From NCBI GenBank assembly GCA_965223345.1, contig CBDCWG010000012.1:1408001-1472000 (forward strand): DNA of 64,000 nt, read 5' to 3'. Positions 9,271-18,401 of this stretch are shown piece after piece. Source of the stretch: Nitrospinales bacterium (GTDB lineage Bacteria; Nitrospinota; Nitrospinia; Nitrospinales; VA-1). Below the pieces are notes generated by a model. It did no database searches, had not been told where the DNA came from, and saw only the letters and a program-made list of their open reading frames with translations. Positions within the stretch are counted from its first letter, which is position 1, and every line of letters begins with the position of its first letter. A program made the position numbers and the translations under genes.

Positions 9271-9688
9271 AGTTCCAACATAAGGCATAAATCAAATAAG
9301 GTCAAGAAAATTAGATAATTAGGGCTAAATTTATATGTAATTATCGGGCGGGGCATCCGGCGGGTGTGGTGAGAATCCCTGTGAATCCGCCGGTTATTCT
9401 CCCTGCGCTGGGCCTGTGTGTGCGACCGGATGCGAGCCGGCGCCGCCTTCGGCGGGTGAATCCGAAGCGATCTGGGTGAGGAAGAGGGAGGGGAAATGCC
9501 TGCTGGAACAGGGCGAGCGGGCTGCTTGGGTTTTTCGCTTCCTTATTAGCGGATAATGTTTGACGGGCATTTTTAATTTGGATAGAATCTGGTTGTTCCG
9601 CTAAAGGACATGTATTTTCAGGACCCGAAAACAGGCCGAGCGGCCGTTCTTTTCTTGTATCCTTTTTGGCTCGCCCCGCGGGGAGCGG

Positions 9689-10327
9689 ATGAGAATCGGA
9701 AACATCATTCAGTGGTTTCAATTCAAGCTGGGAGGACTGGTTTTTCCCTTGATGGAGCCCGTTTACCGCGGAATGGAAAACCGCGACCCGACCGTCAAGA
9801 AGCATTTCTGCCAGGCGGTGCACAGTCTGGAACAAAAGCGCACCCCCATCGCGCTGCTCAACCTCAATATGGTTTTGAGCATCAAGCCCGACCATTTCCT
9901 CGCCCGGGTTTACCGGGGCCGCATCTATATCCGGGACGGCCGTTACCGGCTGGCTTCGGAAGACTTTCTGCAGGCGAACAAGATCAGCCGGTTTCGATTC
10001 GCTCAATATGATCTGAGCCACGAGTATTTCAGCTCGGTGAAAAAAGAGTTTGGCGAACTGGGCGCCTCCATCTCGAAAAATTTCGATCAGATTTTTGAAG
10101 CCCTGAAAACATCGACCCCGGAACGCGGCGGGGACCCCGATGGCATCGATCAGATCATCGAGTCGCTGCCGTTCTCGGAAGAGAACGGAAAACCCGATTC
10201 GGCTCTCGACGATTACGAATCGATTGAAGATTCAGAATCGATTAGATTCAAGAATTTAGGACCCATAACCCAGAACGAGATTGAAGAAACGGACTGGGAC
10301 AAACTGATCAAAGAACTGACCTCCTGA
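9689..10327 (+). CDS. Hypothetical protein with a TPR-like segment
   Basis: IALLNLNMVLSIKPDHFLARVYRGRIYIRDGRYRLASEDFLQA is TPR-like. Confidence 0.7.
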   Translation: MRIGNIIQWFQFKLGGLVFPLMEPVYRGMENRDPTVKKHFCQAVHSLEQKRTPIALLNLNMVLSIKPDHFLARVYRGRIYIRDGRYRLASEDFLQANKISRFRFAQYDLSHEYFSSVKKEFGELGASISKNFDQIFEALKTSTPERGGDPDGIDQIIESLPFSEENGKPDSALDDYESIEDSESIRFKNLGPITQNEIEETDWDKLIKELTS

Positions 10328-10587
10328 CCCGCCTTTTCACCCCCCTGTCTTTCCTGCAACGTCCTGTATCGTTCGGACCCCCTAGAACCCTTCTGCACCG
10401 GTTGCATTTCCGCGCTTTACCTGGATTCGGGTATTGTTATTGATTTTAAAGGGGTTTTGCTGATAATATATAAATAGTTATTGCTTGTAAATCTGTGTGT
10501 GAAAATCGCATCCCCAGAGCGCGGGGACCGGAGCAGGGGGCACCCGCCCGGACGCGGGACGAGGGTGCGGAAGAAAGCCCGATTGTC

Positions 10588-10938
10588 ATGCCGAATCTCA
10601 GAATCGATCAGTTGAAAGTGGGCATGGTCGTGTCCGAGGACGTGTTCGTGGACCGGGGCCGGAAAATCATCTCCCGGGGGAGCATTCTCAACGAGAAGCA
10701 CCTCAAAAGCTTCAAGTCCTGGGGGATCGATGCCATTCCGATCGGCAAAGGAGATTGCGCCGAACCCGTGCAGGAGAGGCCCGAAGACGTCGATCCCGGG
10801 CAGTGGAAGGTGATTCAGGAGCAGGTGGAGGCTTTGTTTTCCCGTTCCAACACCGATTCCTCACTGGTTGTGGAGATGATGCGCCTGTGCGGGATCCACA
10901 AATACAAGCGAGACAAGGGAGTGAACCCGCAACAATGA
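10588..10938 (+). CDS. Hypothetical protein resembling the N-terminal domain of HD-GYP/HDOD proteins
   Basis: IDQLKVGMVVSEDV....GRKII.RG..L...HL..FKSWGI; ATGA overlap with the HDOD gene. Confidence 0.7.
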   Translation: MPNLRIDQLKVGMVVSEDVFVDRGRKIISRGSILNEKHLKSFKSWGIDAIPIGKGDCAEPVQERPEDVDPGQWKVIQEQVEALFSRSNTDSSLVVEMMRLCGIHKYKRDKGVNPQQ

Positions 10939-11783
10939 CACAGAGCCTGGAGCAGATGCTGTCGGGGTCGATCCGACTGTCCTCACTGCCGGAAATCTAC
11001 ACGAAAATAAACGACGTGATCAACGATCCCGAGTGCTCGTTCAACGACGTTGCGGAAGTGATCAGCAACGACACGTCTTTATCCGTGCGTCTGCTGAAAA
11101 TCGTCAACAGCTCTTTTTATAACTTCCCTTCCAAAATCGGAACCATCGCGCACGCGGTGTCCATCGTGGGGACCCAGCAGCTTCGCGACCTGGCTCTGGC
11201 GACGACCGTCATCAGCGCCTTCAAGGGGATGCCTGAAGAATATGTCTCCATGGATACTTTCTGGAAGCACAGTGTGAGCTGTGCGGTGGCCGCCTGGGTG
11301 GTCGCCATCCATTGCCGCGAAGCCAATGCCGAACGCTATTACCTCGCCGGTATCCTGCACGACATCGGCCGTCTGGTGATTTTCGAGAACCATCCCGAAA
11401 TCGCCGAGGAACTGATGAACCGGCATCAGGCCGGCACCGATAACCTGTATGAAGTGGAGCGGGCGTATCTGGGATACGACCACGGTGAAGTGGGGGCGGC
11501 GCTGCTGGCGGAATGGGACCTGCCTGAATACTTGCAGGAGATTGTCGCCAATCACCATCAACCTCTCGAATCGAAACGGTTCCCGGTCGAGACCGCCATT
11601 TTGAATGTGGCGGATTTCATTTCCAAGTCGATGGAGTTGGGGCACAGCGGCGACCGCTATGTGCCCGCTATGGACGACCGGGTCTGGAAAAAAATAGGAC
11701 TGACGGCGAATTCGCTGGCTTCCATCTGGGACCAAGTCGAAATAAAATACCAGAGCACGATCGAGATCTTCCTTTCCAGTTGA
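10935..11783 (+). CDS. HDOD domain protein
   Basis: LSSLPEIY, D.SLSVRLLKIVNSSFY, FWKHS, AGILHDIGRLV, DHGEVGAALLAEWDLP, HHQP. Confidence 0.92.
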   Translation: MTQSLEQMLSGSIRLSSLPEIYTKINDVINDPECSFNDVAEVISNDTSLSVRLLKIVNSSFYNFPSKIGTIAHAVSIVGTQQLRDLALATTVISAFKGMPEEYVSMDTFWKHSVSCAVAAWVVAIHCREANAERYYLAGILHDIGRLVIFENHPEIAEELMNRHQAGTDNLYEVERAYLGYDHGEVGAALLAEWDLPEYLQEIVANHHQPLESKRFPVETAILNVADFISKSMELGHSGDRYVPAMDDRVWKKIGLTANSLASIWDQVEIKYQSTIEIFLSS

Positions 11784-11807
11784 ACCCTTTCTACTCTACG
11801 GCCGGCC

Positions 11808-13163
11808 ATGAAAGAGAAAGAAATCGACAAACTGCGGGCGCGGATCGAATACCTGGAAAGGGCGAACAGCTGGTATTTTTTCGCGCTGGAACGGCTGACC
11901 TCCTTTGGCGATCTGCACAAAGACGTGCAGCAGTTTCGCGAGGCGAAATACCTGTTCGCCAACGCGGAGAAGTACCTGCGGCAGCTGATCGGCTTCAAGA
12001 CGCTGGCGTTCTTCCAGGTGGACGAGCAGACCAACCAGTTCGTGCTCAACGACTGCCATCCTGAATCGGACCGGGAAAAAATCCAGACGGTCACCGACCA
12101 GCAGATCGAAAACGGCAGCTTCGCCTGGGCCCTCAAAAAGAACCGCCCGCTGATCGTCGAGGGGGAATCCCCGAACGACCACTTCATCTTTCACGCCCTG
12201 GCGACCAAATCCCGGGTCCGGGGCATGTTTGCCGGCTGGCTGAAGAAAAAGGCGCACAAAATTCCCGTCGAGCAGCTGAACCTGATCTCCGTCATCCTTT
12301 CCTTCACCGCCTATGCGCTGGAAAGCGGCATGCTGTATAAAATCGTGTCGCGCCAGAACCTCAACCTGGAAGAGATGGTTGCCAAACGCACCCTCAAGCT
12401 GGAAACCCAGGCGCATGAGCTGAAAAAGGAAATCCGCGAGCGTAAAAAAGTGGTCGAGGAGCTCAACCGCAGCAATCAGGAACTGCAGGATTTCGCTTCC
12501 ATCGCCTCGCACGACCTGCAGGAACCCTTGAGGAAGGTGATGATCTTCGGCGACCGGCTGAAGGACAAATTCTCGAACAAACTGGACGAAACGGGGGTCA
12601 GTTATCTGCAGCGGATGACCAGCGCCTCGGCGCGCATGCAGAAGCTGATCGATGAGCTGTTGTCGTTTTCCAGGGTGAGCACGAAAGCCAAGCCGTTTGA
12701 ATCGACCGACCTGAACAAGGTGCTGGACGAGGTGCTGACGGATCTGGAAGGCCGCATCACCAAATCCAATGCGAAGATCGAACTGGGCGGCCTGCCGACG
12801 ATCGATGCCGATCCGGTGCAGATGCAGCAGTTGTTCCAGAACCTGGTGGGAAACGCCCTCAAGTTCAAGCGCGAAGGGGTGCCGCCGGTGGTGTCGATCG
12901 GGGGGCATGTGAACGGCGGTGAGATCTGCGAAATCCGGGTTCAGGACAACGGGATCGGGCTGGATGAAAAGTACGTGGACCGCATCTTCAAACCCTTCGA
13001 ACGGCTGCACGGCCGCAGCGAATTCGAAGGCACGGGGATGGGGCTCGCCATCTGCCAGAAAATCGTCAAGCGGCACAACGGCAGCATCAAGGTGAAAAGC
13101 GGCGCCGACAGCGGCTCCACCTTCATCATCTATCTGCCTTCCAGGCAGGTCAAGTCCTCCTGA
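11808..13163 (+). CDS. Cytoplasmic sensor histidine kinase (GAF-like input, HisKA, HATPase)
   Basis: FASIASHDLQEPLRK, QLFQNLVGNALKF, DNGIG, IFKPFERLH, GTGMGLAIC. Confidence 0.93.
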   Translation: MKEKEIDKLRARIEYLERANSWYFFALERLTSFGDLHKDVQQFREAKYLFANAEKYLRQLIGFKTLAFFQVDEQTNQFVLNDCHPESDREKIQTVTDQQIENGSFAWALKKNRPLIVEGESPNDHFIFHALATKSRVRGMFAGWLKKKAHKIPVEQLNLISVILSFTAYALESGMLYKIVSRQNLNLEEMVAKRTLKLETQAHELKKEIRERKKVVEELNRSNQELQDFASIASHDLQEPLRKVMIFGDRLKDKFSNKLDETGVSYLQRMTSASARMQKLIDELLSFSRVSTKAKPFESTDLNKVLDEVLTDLEGRITKSNAKIELGGLPTIDADPVQMQQLFQNLVGNALKFKREGVPPVVSIGGHVNGGEICEIRVQDNGIGLDEKYVDRIFKPFERLHGRSEFEGTGMGLAICQKIVKRHNGSIKVKSGADSGSTFIIYLPSRQVKSS

Positions 13164-13233
13164 AGAGGACGCGTCCCCACCGGTTTTTCAATTTCCTCAA
13201 GCGGATCGTTGCAGAGCGGGCGGGTGTGCTGCA

Positions 13234-13713
13234 TCAGCCCATGCAGAGTCCGTCCACGGTGTTGTTTTTCTCTCCCGAACCTTCGGCGATGCTGTTTCTC
13301 GAATCGACGATGATCGTGAACACACATCTGTCGAAGCAGGCGTCCTCAGGCAGGTTGAGCGCCAGATCGACTACTTTTTCGCCCACAGGCGGCGTGTCGA
13401 TATGATAACGCCGGTACTCGCCGCGGCTGAACAGCACGACGGAGGTGGTGGAAGATTGAGACGTCGGCGGCCCCATGTTCCTGAGTGATATTTTCAGCTT
13501 CGACCCCTCCACCTTGCAGAACGCTTCGGGCCCTTTCATGTAGGTTCCATCGGGTCCCTTTTTGCGGACGGGAACCAGGTCCGGCTCGCTGGCCGGGGCC
13601 GGTTCGAGATCGGTGACCACCGGCACCGGGCGTGCCGGCGCGCAGTTGCCCAAACCCGCTAAAAGGAAAATAAAAAGAATCGACCGCAGGATTTTCCGAT
13701 GAATCCTTTCCAT
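13234..13713 (-). CDS. Putative lipoprotein with a CARDB-like Ig domain
   Basis: Hydrophobic signal ending LAGLGNC; PDLVP...lrNmG...IVDSRNSIAE..EKNN pattern; start uncertain. Confidence 0.6.
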   Translation of the reverse strand: MERIHRKILRSILFIFLLAGLGNCAPARPVPVVTDLEPAPASEPDLVPVRKKGPDGTYMKGPEAFCKVEGSKLKISLRNMGPPTSQSSTTSVVLFSRGEYRRYHIDTPPVGEKVVDLALNLPEDACFDRCVFTIIVDSRNSIAEGSGEKNNTVDGLCMG

Positions 13714-14029
13714 GGGACCTCTGGGGAAGTCAATCGTATCGGTGTGTGTTTGTTGTCCGATGTTTTCGCCGCGCCAAGGCGCGTGCACCCGATCAGGCGC
13801 ATTTTCCTGCACATCCATTATCGCTTTTTCGCGGCGGGAATTGAATCCCCTAATCGGGGTAGGCACGCGATTGGCTTCGCGGGCCGGAAGTTGCTTGATC
13901 GTCGTCCGATCCGGTAACATGGGGACGAAGCGCTGGAAGGGAATATTTGATTCCCTCCCACGGTCTTAATACAGGATTGAGGTCTGGGGTGATCCACGCC
14001 CATCGCCAACGTTTGTTTCGAGGTCCACG

Positions 14030-14392
14030 ATGATTCCGCTGAAAGAGTTCATGACGTCGCCGGTGCAGCATGTCGATTCGCAAACCACAGTGAAAGTCGC
14101 TTCCGTGAAGATGAAAGAAGGCAAGATCAGCTCGCTTCTGGTGAAGGAAGGCGAGGACATGGTGGGCATCGTCACCAAGACCGACTTGGTGAACAAAGTC
14201 CTGGCCGCCGGACGCGACCCGGACGTCGCCACGGTGGGGGAGATCATGTCGCAGCCGGTGGTTTCCCTGGATGCGTACGTGTTCCGCAGTGAAGCCCACG
14301 ATCTGATGCTGCGCAAAGGCATCAAGCACCTGGTGGTGACGCAGGGCAGCAAACCCGTCGGCATTCTGACCCGCAAGGACATGCTCACCTGA
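14030..14392 (+). CDS. CBS-domain pair protein
   Basis: FMTSPV...M....ISSLLV....VGIVTKTDL...V.EIMSQPV...GIKHLVV...VGILTRKD. Confidence 0.9.
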   Translation: MIPLKEFMTSPVQHVDSQTTVKVASVKMKEGKISSLLVKEGEDMVGIVTKTDLVNKVLAAGRDPDVATVGEIMSQPVVSLDAYVFRSEAHDLMLRKGIKHLVVTQGSKPVGILTRKDMLT

Positions 14393-14405
14393 ACACAGCG
14401 ATCGC

Positions 14406-14439
14406 CCGCCTCCGCTCACCGCGGAGGCGGTTTTTTTTT
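14406..14439 (+). terminator. Rho-independent terminator
   Basis: CCGCCTCCGC-tcacc-GCGGAGGCGG followed by T9. Confidence 0.85.
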
Positions 14440-14494
14440 GCCCTCCGCCGCCTTCCATCCGCGCAAAAGCGCCCCCTCTGCGCCGCGCGCCCTC

Positions 14495-14520
14495 TGTTAC
14501 AAATTGAAACAATTCGTTAC
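14495..14520 (+). promoter_or_regulatory. Triple direct repeat, putative OmpR/CpxR-family response regulator site
   Basis: TGTTAC / TGAAAC / CGTTAC at exact 10-bp period upstream of the Spy/CpxP-RR-HK operon. Confidence 0.55.
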
Positions 14521-14594
14521 GCTGCCGAAAGGATCCTTTCCAGGGAACGGGCTAGGATGAGCACAATGAAACCCGAACCTGAAAGGAGCCCAAA

Positions 14595-15050
14595 ATGGAA
14601 ATCACAGGAAAACTCATCGCATTAACGGTCGCCGGCGTGCTGCTGGCGGGCGCCATCACCGCGTGCGGCAAGGGGCATTTCCGCATGAGCCCGGAAAAAC
14701 GCGCCCAGTACTTCATGGAACAGGTCACCGAGGAACTGAAGCTCACGGGACCGCAGGTGGCGAAGCTGGGTGCGGTCAAGGACGCCCTGCTCAAAGCGCG
14801 CGGGGAGATGCTGGCGCAGCGCAAGGCCACCCAGGAGTCCGTCCTGCAGATGCTGGAGCAGCCGACGATGGACCGCGACTGGGTGCTTTCTCTGGTCCAG
14901 CAGCGCACCCAGGAGGTGAACGACAAGGCGCCGCAGGTCGTGGCCGCGCTGGGGAATTTCTACGACACGCTGAGCCCCGAACAGCGGCAGAAACTGCGGG
15001 ATGAAGTCCGGCAGCACATGGAGCACCGCCGCCACCACTGGCGGCACTGA
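14595..15050 (+). CDS. Spy/CpxP family periplasmic (lipo)protein
   Basis: Signal ending ITAC; ELKLTGPQ and TLSPEQRQKL LTxxQ-type motifs. Confidence 0.85.
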   Translation: MEITGKLIALTVAGVLLAGAITACGKGHFRMSPEKRAQYFMEQVTEELKLTGPQVAKLGAVKDALLKARGEMLAQRKATQESVLQMLEQPTMDRDWVLSLVQQRTQEVNDKAPQVVAALGNFYDTLSPEQRQKLRDEVRQHMEHRRHHWRH

Positions 15051-15145
15051 GTCGCGCGGCCCGCGCAGAGCGGAATTCCGCCCGGCGCGGGCAGTGTGGT
15101 ATAAATGAAAACCGTGACGCCGGTTTCCTTTCTTTCTAGAGAGCC

Positions 15146-15814
15146 ATGGCCCTCATCTACCTCATCGACGACGACGAACGGCTGGCCGATCTGTTGCGCC
15201 GCTATTTTGAGCGCTTCGATCTCGACCTGGAAAGCGCCACCAAACCCAGTGAGGGGCTGAAGCGGCTCGGGAAAGGCGGCGTCGATCTGGTGGTGCTGGA
15301 CGTCATGCTGCCGGAGATGGACGGTTTCGAGGTGTGCAAGACGATCCGCAAATCGAGCGAGGTGCCCATCATCATGCTGACAGCGCGCGGCGACGTCATG
15401 GACCGTGTGGTGGGCATCGAGCTGGGGGCCGACGACTACCTTCCCAAACCCTTCGAGCCGCGGGAACTGGTGGCGCGCATCCACACGATCCTGAAACGGG
15501 CCGGAAAAACCCAGGAGGCGGTCCTGCATTTCGATGCGCTGATTGTGGACACCCAGCGCCGGCAGGCGACGCTGGATGCCGCCGAACTCGCCCTGACCTC
15601 CATGGAGTACCAGCTTCTGGAGCTGTTCGCGCGCAACGCCGGCAAGGTTTTCACGCGCGATGAAATCCTCAATCACCTGCAGGGCGTCGAGGCGGACGTG
15701 TATTCCCGTTCGGTGGACATCCTGGTCAGCCGGCTCAGGCAAAAGCTCAAGCCACTCGACATCATCCGCACCGTGCGCGGCAGCGGCTACTGTTTCGCCG
15801 GGAAAAGCCGATGA
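15146..15814 (+). CDS. OmpR-family DNA-binding response regulator
   Basis: IDDD, LDVMLPEMDG, IIMLTARG, GADDYLPKPF, winged-helix RSVDILVSRLRQKL..IRTVRGSGY. Confidence 0.95.
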   Translation: MALIYLIDDDERLADLLRRYFERFDLDLESATKPSEGLKRLGKGGVDLVVLDVMLPEMDGFEVCKTIRKSSEVPIIMLTARGDVMDRVVGIELGADDYLPKPFEPRELVARIHTILKRAGKTQEAVLHFDALIVDTQRRQATLDAAELALTSMEYQLLELFARNAGKVFTRDEILNHLQGVEADVYSRSVDILVSRLRQKLKPLDIIRTVRGSGYCFAGKSR

Positions 15815-17127
15815 GATCTTTTTTCAAGAGAAGACGCCATTCCCTTTCCGCTCGCCTGGTGTTTTTGTTCGTGGTCATGGCCGTGCTGTTCCTGCTTCTG
15901 GTGGGCGGCTCGCTGCGCTTCGCCTTCCGCGAAAATTTCCAGGAGAACATCCGCCCGCACCTGTTCCGCTACATGGAATACATTCAAAAAGATCTGGGCA
16001 CGCCGCCCGAGATCGCCAAAGCCGAAAAGATCGTGGCAGGGCTGCCGGTGGAGATCCACATCTTCGGGCCGGAAGGGTCCTGGTCCTCGACCGGGGAGCC
16101 GCTGAGGCTGGACGACATCCACTACCACCGGCGCTTTCGCGAGAACGGTGTGGACTATGCGTTCGGGCGCTTCTCCGGGCGGGAATACCTCATCAACTGG
16201 CGACCGGACTACACGCTGGCTTTCTCGGTGCCGCATTCGGGCGGCGCCTGGCACTGGCGCAAGGCGTTTCCGCTGGCGATCCTGTTGGTCATGCTGGTGA
16301 TCCTGTATCACTACACGCGCCGCATCTTCGCGCCAATTCAGCAGATCCGCGCGGGCGTCGAACGGATCGGCGAGGGCGAGCTGGGGCACCGCATTCATCT
16401 GGAACGGCGCGACGAGCTGGGAGAACTTGCGGGCAGCATCAACGCGATGGCGGACGACATCCAGCAGATGCTGGAGGCCAAGCGGCAACTGCTGCTGGCG
16501 CTCAGCCACGAGCTGCGCAGCCCGCTGACGCGCGTGAAGCTGGCGGTGGAAATGCTCAAAGAGGACAAACCGCGGCAGGAGATCCACAAGGACATCGACG
16601 AGATCGATCAGCTGATCGCGGAGCTTCTGGAGACCGAGCGGCTGAGCACCCGCCACCGCGCGCTCAACAAAGCGCAGATCGATTGTGCGGCGCTGGTGCG
16701 CGAGACGGTTGCCGAGTGGTTCGTGGACACGCCGCTGACACTCGCATTGCCGGAGCGGGAGGTGTTCGTTGCGATCGACGCGACGCGGGTGCGGCTCCTG
16801 GTCAAGAATCTCGTGGACAATGCGCTCAGGCACAACCCGCAGGGCGCGCCGCCGCCGCGGGTGTCGCTGCAAGAAAAAGAAAACGAGATCGTGTTCGCGG
16901 TGCAGGATTTCGGCCCGGGCATTCATGAAAAACACCTGCCGTATCTCACCGAACCGTTTTACCGCGTCGATCCGGCGCGGCAGCGGCAGACCGGCGGCTA
17001 CGGACTCGGGTTGTACCTGTGCCGCGTCATCGCCGAAGCCCACGGCGGCCGGCTTAAACTCGCCAGCGAAAAGGACAAGGGAACGACGGTCACGGTGTCT
17101 TTGCCTTTGCAGGACAAAACCGAATGA
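15811..17127 (+). CDS. Membrane HAMP-domain sensor histidine kinase
   Basis: Two TM segments, RRDELGELA..IN.MA, SHELRSPLTR, NLVDNALRH, GGYGLGL. Confidence 0.95.
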   Translation: MRSFFKRRRHSLSARLVFLFVVMAVLFLLLVGGSLRFAFRENFQENIRPHLFRYMEYIQKDLGTPPEIAKAEKIVAGLPVEIHIFGPEGSWSSTGEPLRLDDIHYHRRFRENGVDYAFGRFSGREYLINWRPDYTLAFSVPHSGGAWHWRKAFPLAILLVMLVILYHYTRRIFAPIQQIRAGVERIGEGELGHRIHLERRDELGELAGSINAMADDIQQMLEAKRQLLLALSHELRSPLTRVKLAVEMLKEDKPRQEIHKDIDEIDQLIAELLETERLSTRHRALNKAQIDCAALVRETVAEWFVDTPLTLALPEREVFVAIDATRVRLLVKNLVDNALRHNPQGAPPPRVSLQEKENEIVFAVQDFGPGIHEKHLPYLTEPFYRVDPARQRQTGGYGLGLYLCRVIAEAHGGRLKLASEKDKGTTVTVSLPLQDKTE

Positions 17128-17843
17128 ATTTGTTCTTCTATAGGTGCCAATTTCTGATTCTGCTCACATTTGTTTTTTGGGTATCCGATGTGGCTCGCGC
17201 CGAGTCTGCTGTTGCCGAAACAGAAAGCATTTGTTACGGGACAACATCAAATGGCCGGCTCGAAAATGGCGTTCAACTTCCAAGTAATGGAAAGAATTTT
17301 GTATCTTATGGAAAGCTTGCAGAGTGGTTGGGCAGAACCTATGTCCATAGCAAGGTCCGAGATGTTGTGGTGGAGTCCTACCGAATTCTTGAAATCGAGC
17401 AGCCTGGGAAAGTTTTCAAGTATGGGGAAACAGGATTTCGTGAAGGGGGCGAATTCAAGCCCCACAAGACGCATCGCAATGGTTTGTCAATCGATTTCAT
17501 GGTTCCGGTTGTGAACTCAAAAGGAGAATCGGTTCACCTTCCAACGCATGCTTTGAACAAATATGGCTATGCGATCGAATTCGATGACCAAGGCCGTTTC
17601 GGCGAATACCGGATCGACTACGATGCGCTGGCAGCGCATATGGTAGCTCTCCACCGGGCGGCAATGGCGCAGGGAATCAAAATCTGGCGCATTTTATTCG
17701 ACCCTGGATTGCAGTCCTTCTTGTACGCTTCCAAATATGGCAAGGAAGTTCGAGAGTCTGTTTTTATCCCGAAAAAGCGATCCTGGGTGCGGCACGACGA
17801 ACACTATCATGTCGATTTCAAGCTGGAGTGCGAGCCATTGTAA
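17124..17843 (+). CDS. Penicillin-insensitive murein endopeptidase (MepA-like, LAS metallopeptidase)
   Basis: YGTTSNGRLENG, GGEFKPHKTHRNGLSIDF, RHDEHYHVDF; signal peptide. Confidence 0.8.
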   Translation: MNLFFYRCQFLILLTFVFWVSDVARAESAVAETESICYGTTSNGRLENGVQLPSNGKNFVSYGKLAEWLGRTYVHSKVRDVVVESYRILEIEQPGKVFKYGETGFREGGEFKPHKTHRNGLSIDFMVPVVNSKGESVHLPTHALNKYGYAIEFDDQGRFGEYRIDYDALAAHMVALHRAAMAQGIKIWRILFDPGLQSFLYASKYGKEVRESVFIPKKRSWVRHDEHYHVDFKLECEPL

Positions 17844-17856
17844 AATAAGAGCACGC

Positions 17857-17899
17857 AAAAAAATTCCCCACGGAGTTTGGGTTCAACTCCGGGGGGAAT
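17857..17899 (-). terminator. Rho-independent terminator of the dodecin gene
   Basis: ATTCCCCACGGAGTT..AACTCCGGGGGGAAT hairpin with adjacent A tract. Confidence 0.7.
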
Positions 17900-17924
17900 G
17901 ACGGGGCGAGAACGGGATTCGTGC

Positions 17925-18137
17925 TCAGTCGTCTTTATATTTGAAAGACAAATGCACGCGGGCCCGGTAAGCGCTGACCTTGCCGTTTTCAACCTGCATG
18001 TCGAGTTTGACGATTTCGGCGATTCTCAAGTCATCCAGGCTCTTGGACGCGGTTTCCACCGCGTTTTTTGCAGCGTCTTCCCAGGATTTTGAGCTCGTTC
18101 CCACCAGTTCGATGATTTTGTACACGCTGTCGGACAT
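17925..18137 (-). CDS. Dodecin family flavin-binding protein
   Basis: SVYKIIELVGTS.KSWEDAAKNAV..ASKSL.DLRIAEI...YRARV.LSFKY. Confidence 0.92.
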   Translation of the reverse strand: MSDSVYKIIELVGTSSKSWEDAAKNAVETASKSLDDLRIAEIVKLDMQVENGKVSAYRARVHLSFKYKDD

Positions 18138-18326
18138 GATTCCCTCTTCGAGAAAAGTTGATGTGCAGGCGTTCTCCGGAACCTTTCAATCACCTGTTGC
18201 CTCTCACTCCGGTATCCGCGTTTCCTGATAAATAAGATAGATGGGAGCCGAATTAATTCCCCTTGCACTTTTTTTGTCGGGAATTTTGCGCTGTGGAGGC
18301 GGAATCGAATCAAAAAATGATTGCAT

Positions 18327-18366
18327 AAAAAAAATCCCCCCGGAGTGATACAAAACTCCGGGGGGA
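18327..18366 (-). terminator. Rho-independent terminator of the barrel gene
   Basis: TCCCCCCGGAGT..ACTCCGGGGGGA hairpin with adjacent A tract. Confidence 0.7.
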
Positions 18367-18401
18367 GTGCTTCGAGAAAGAGGGCGTGACGGGTCGAGCG
18401 T

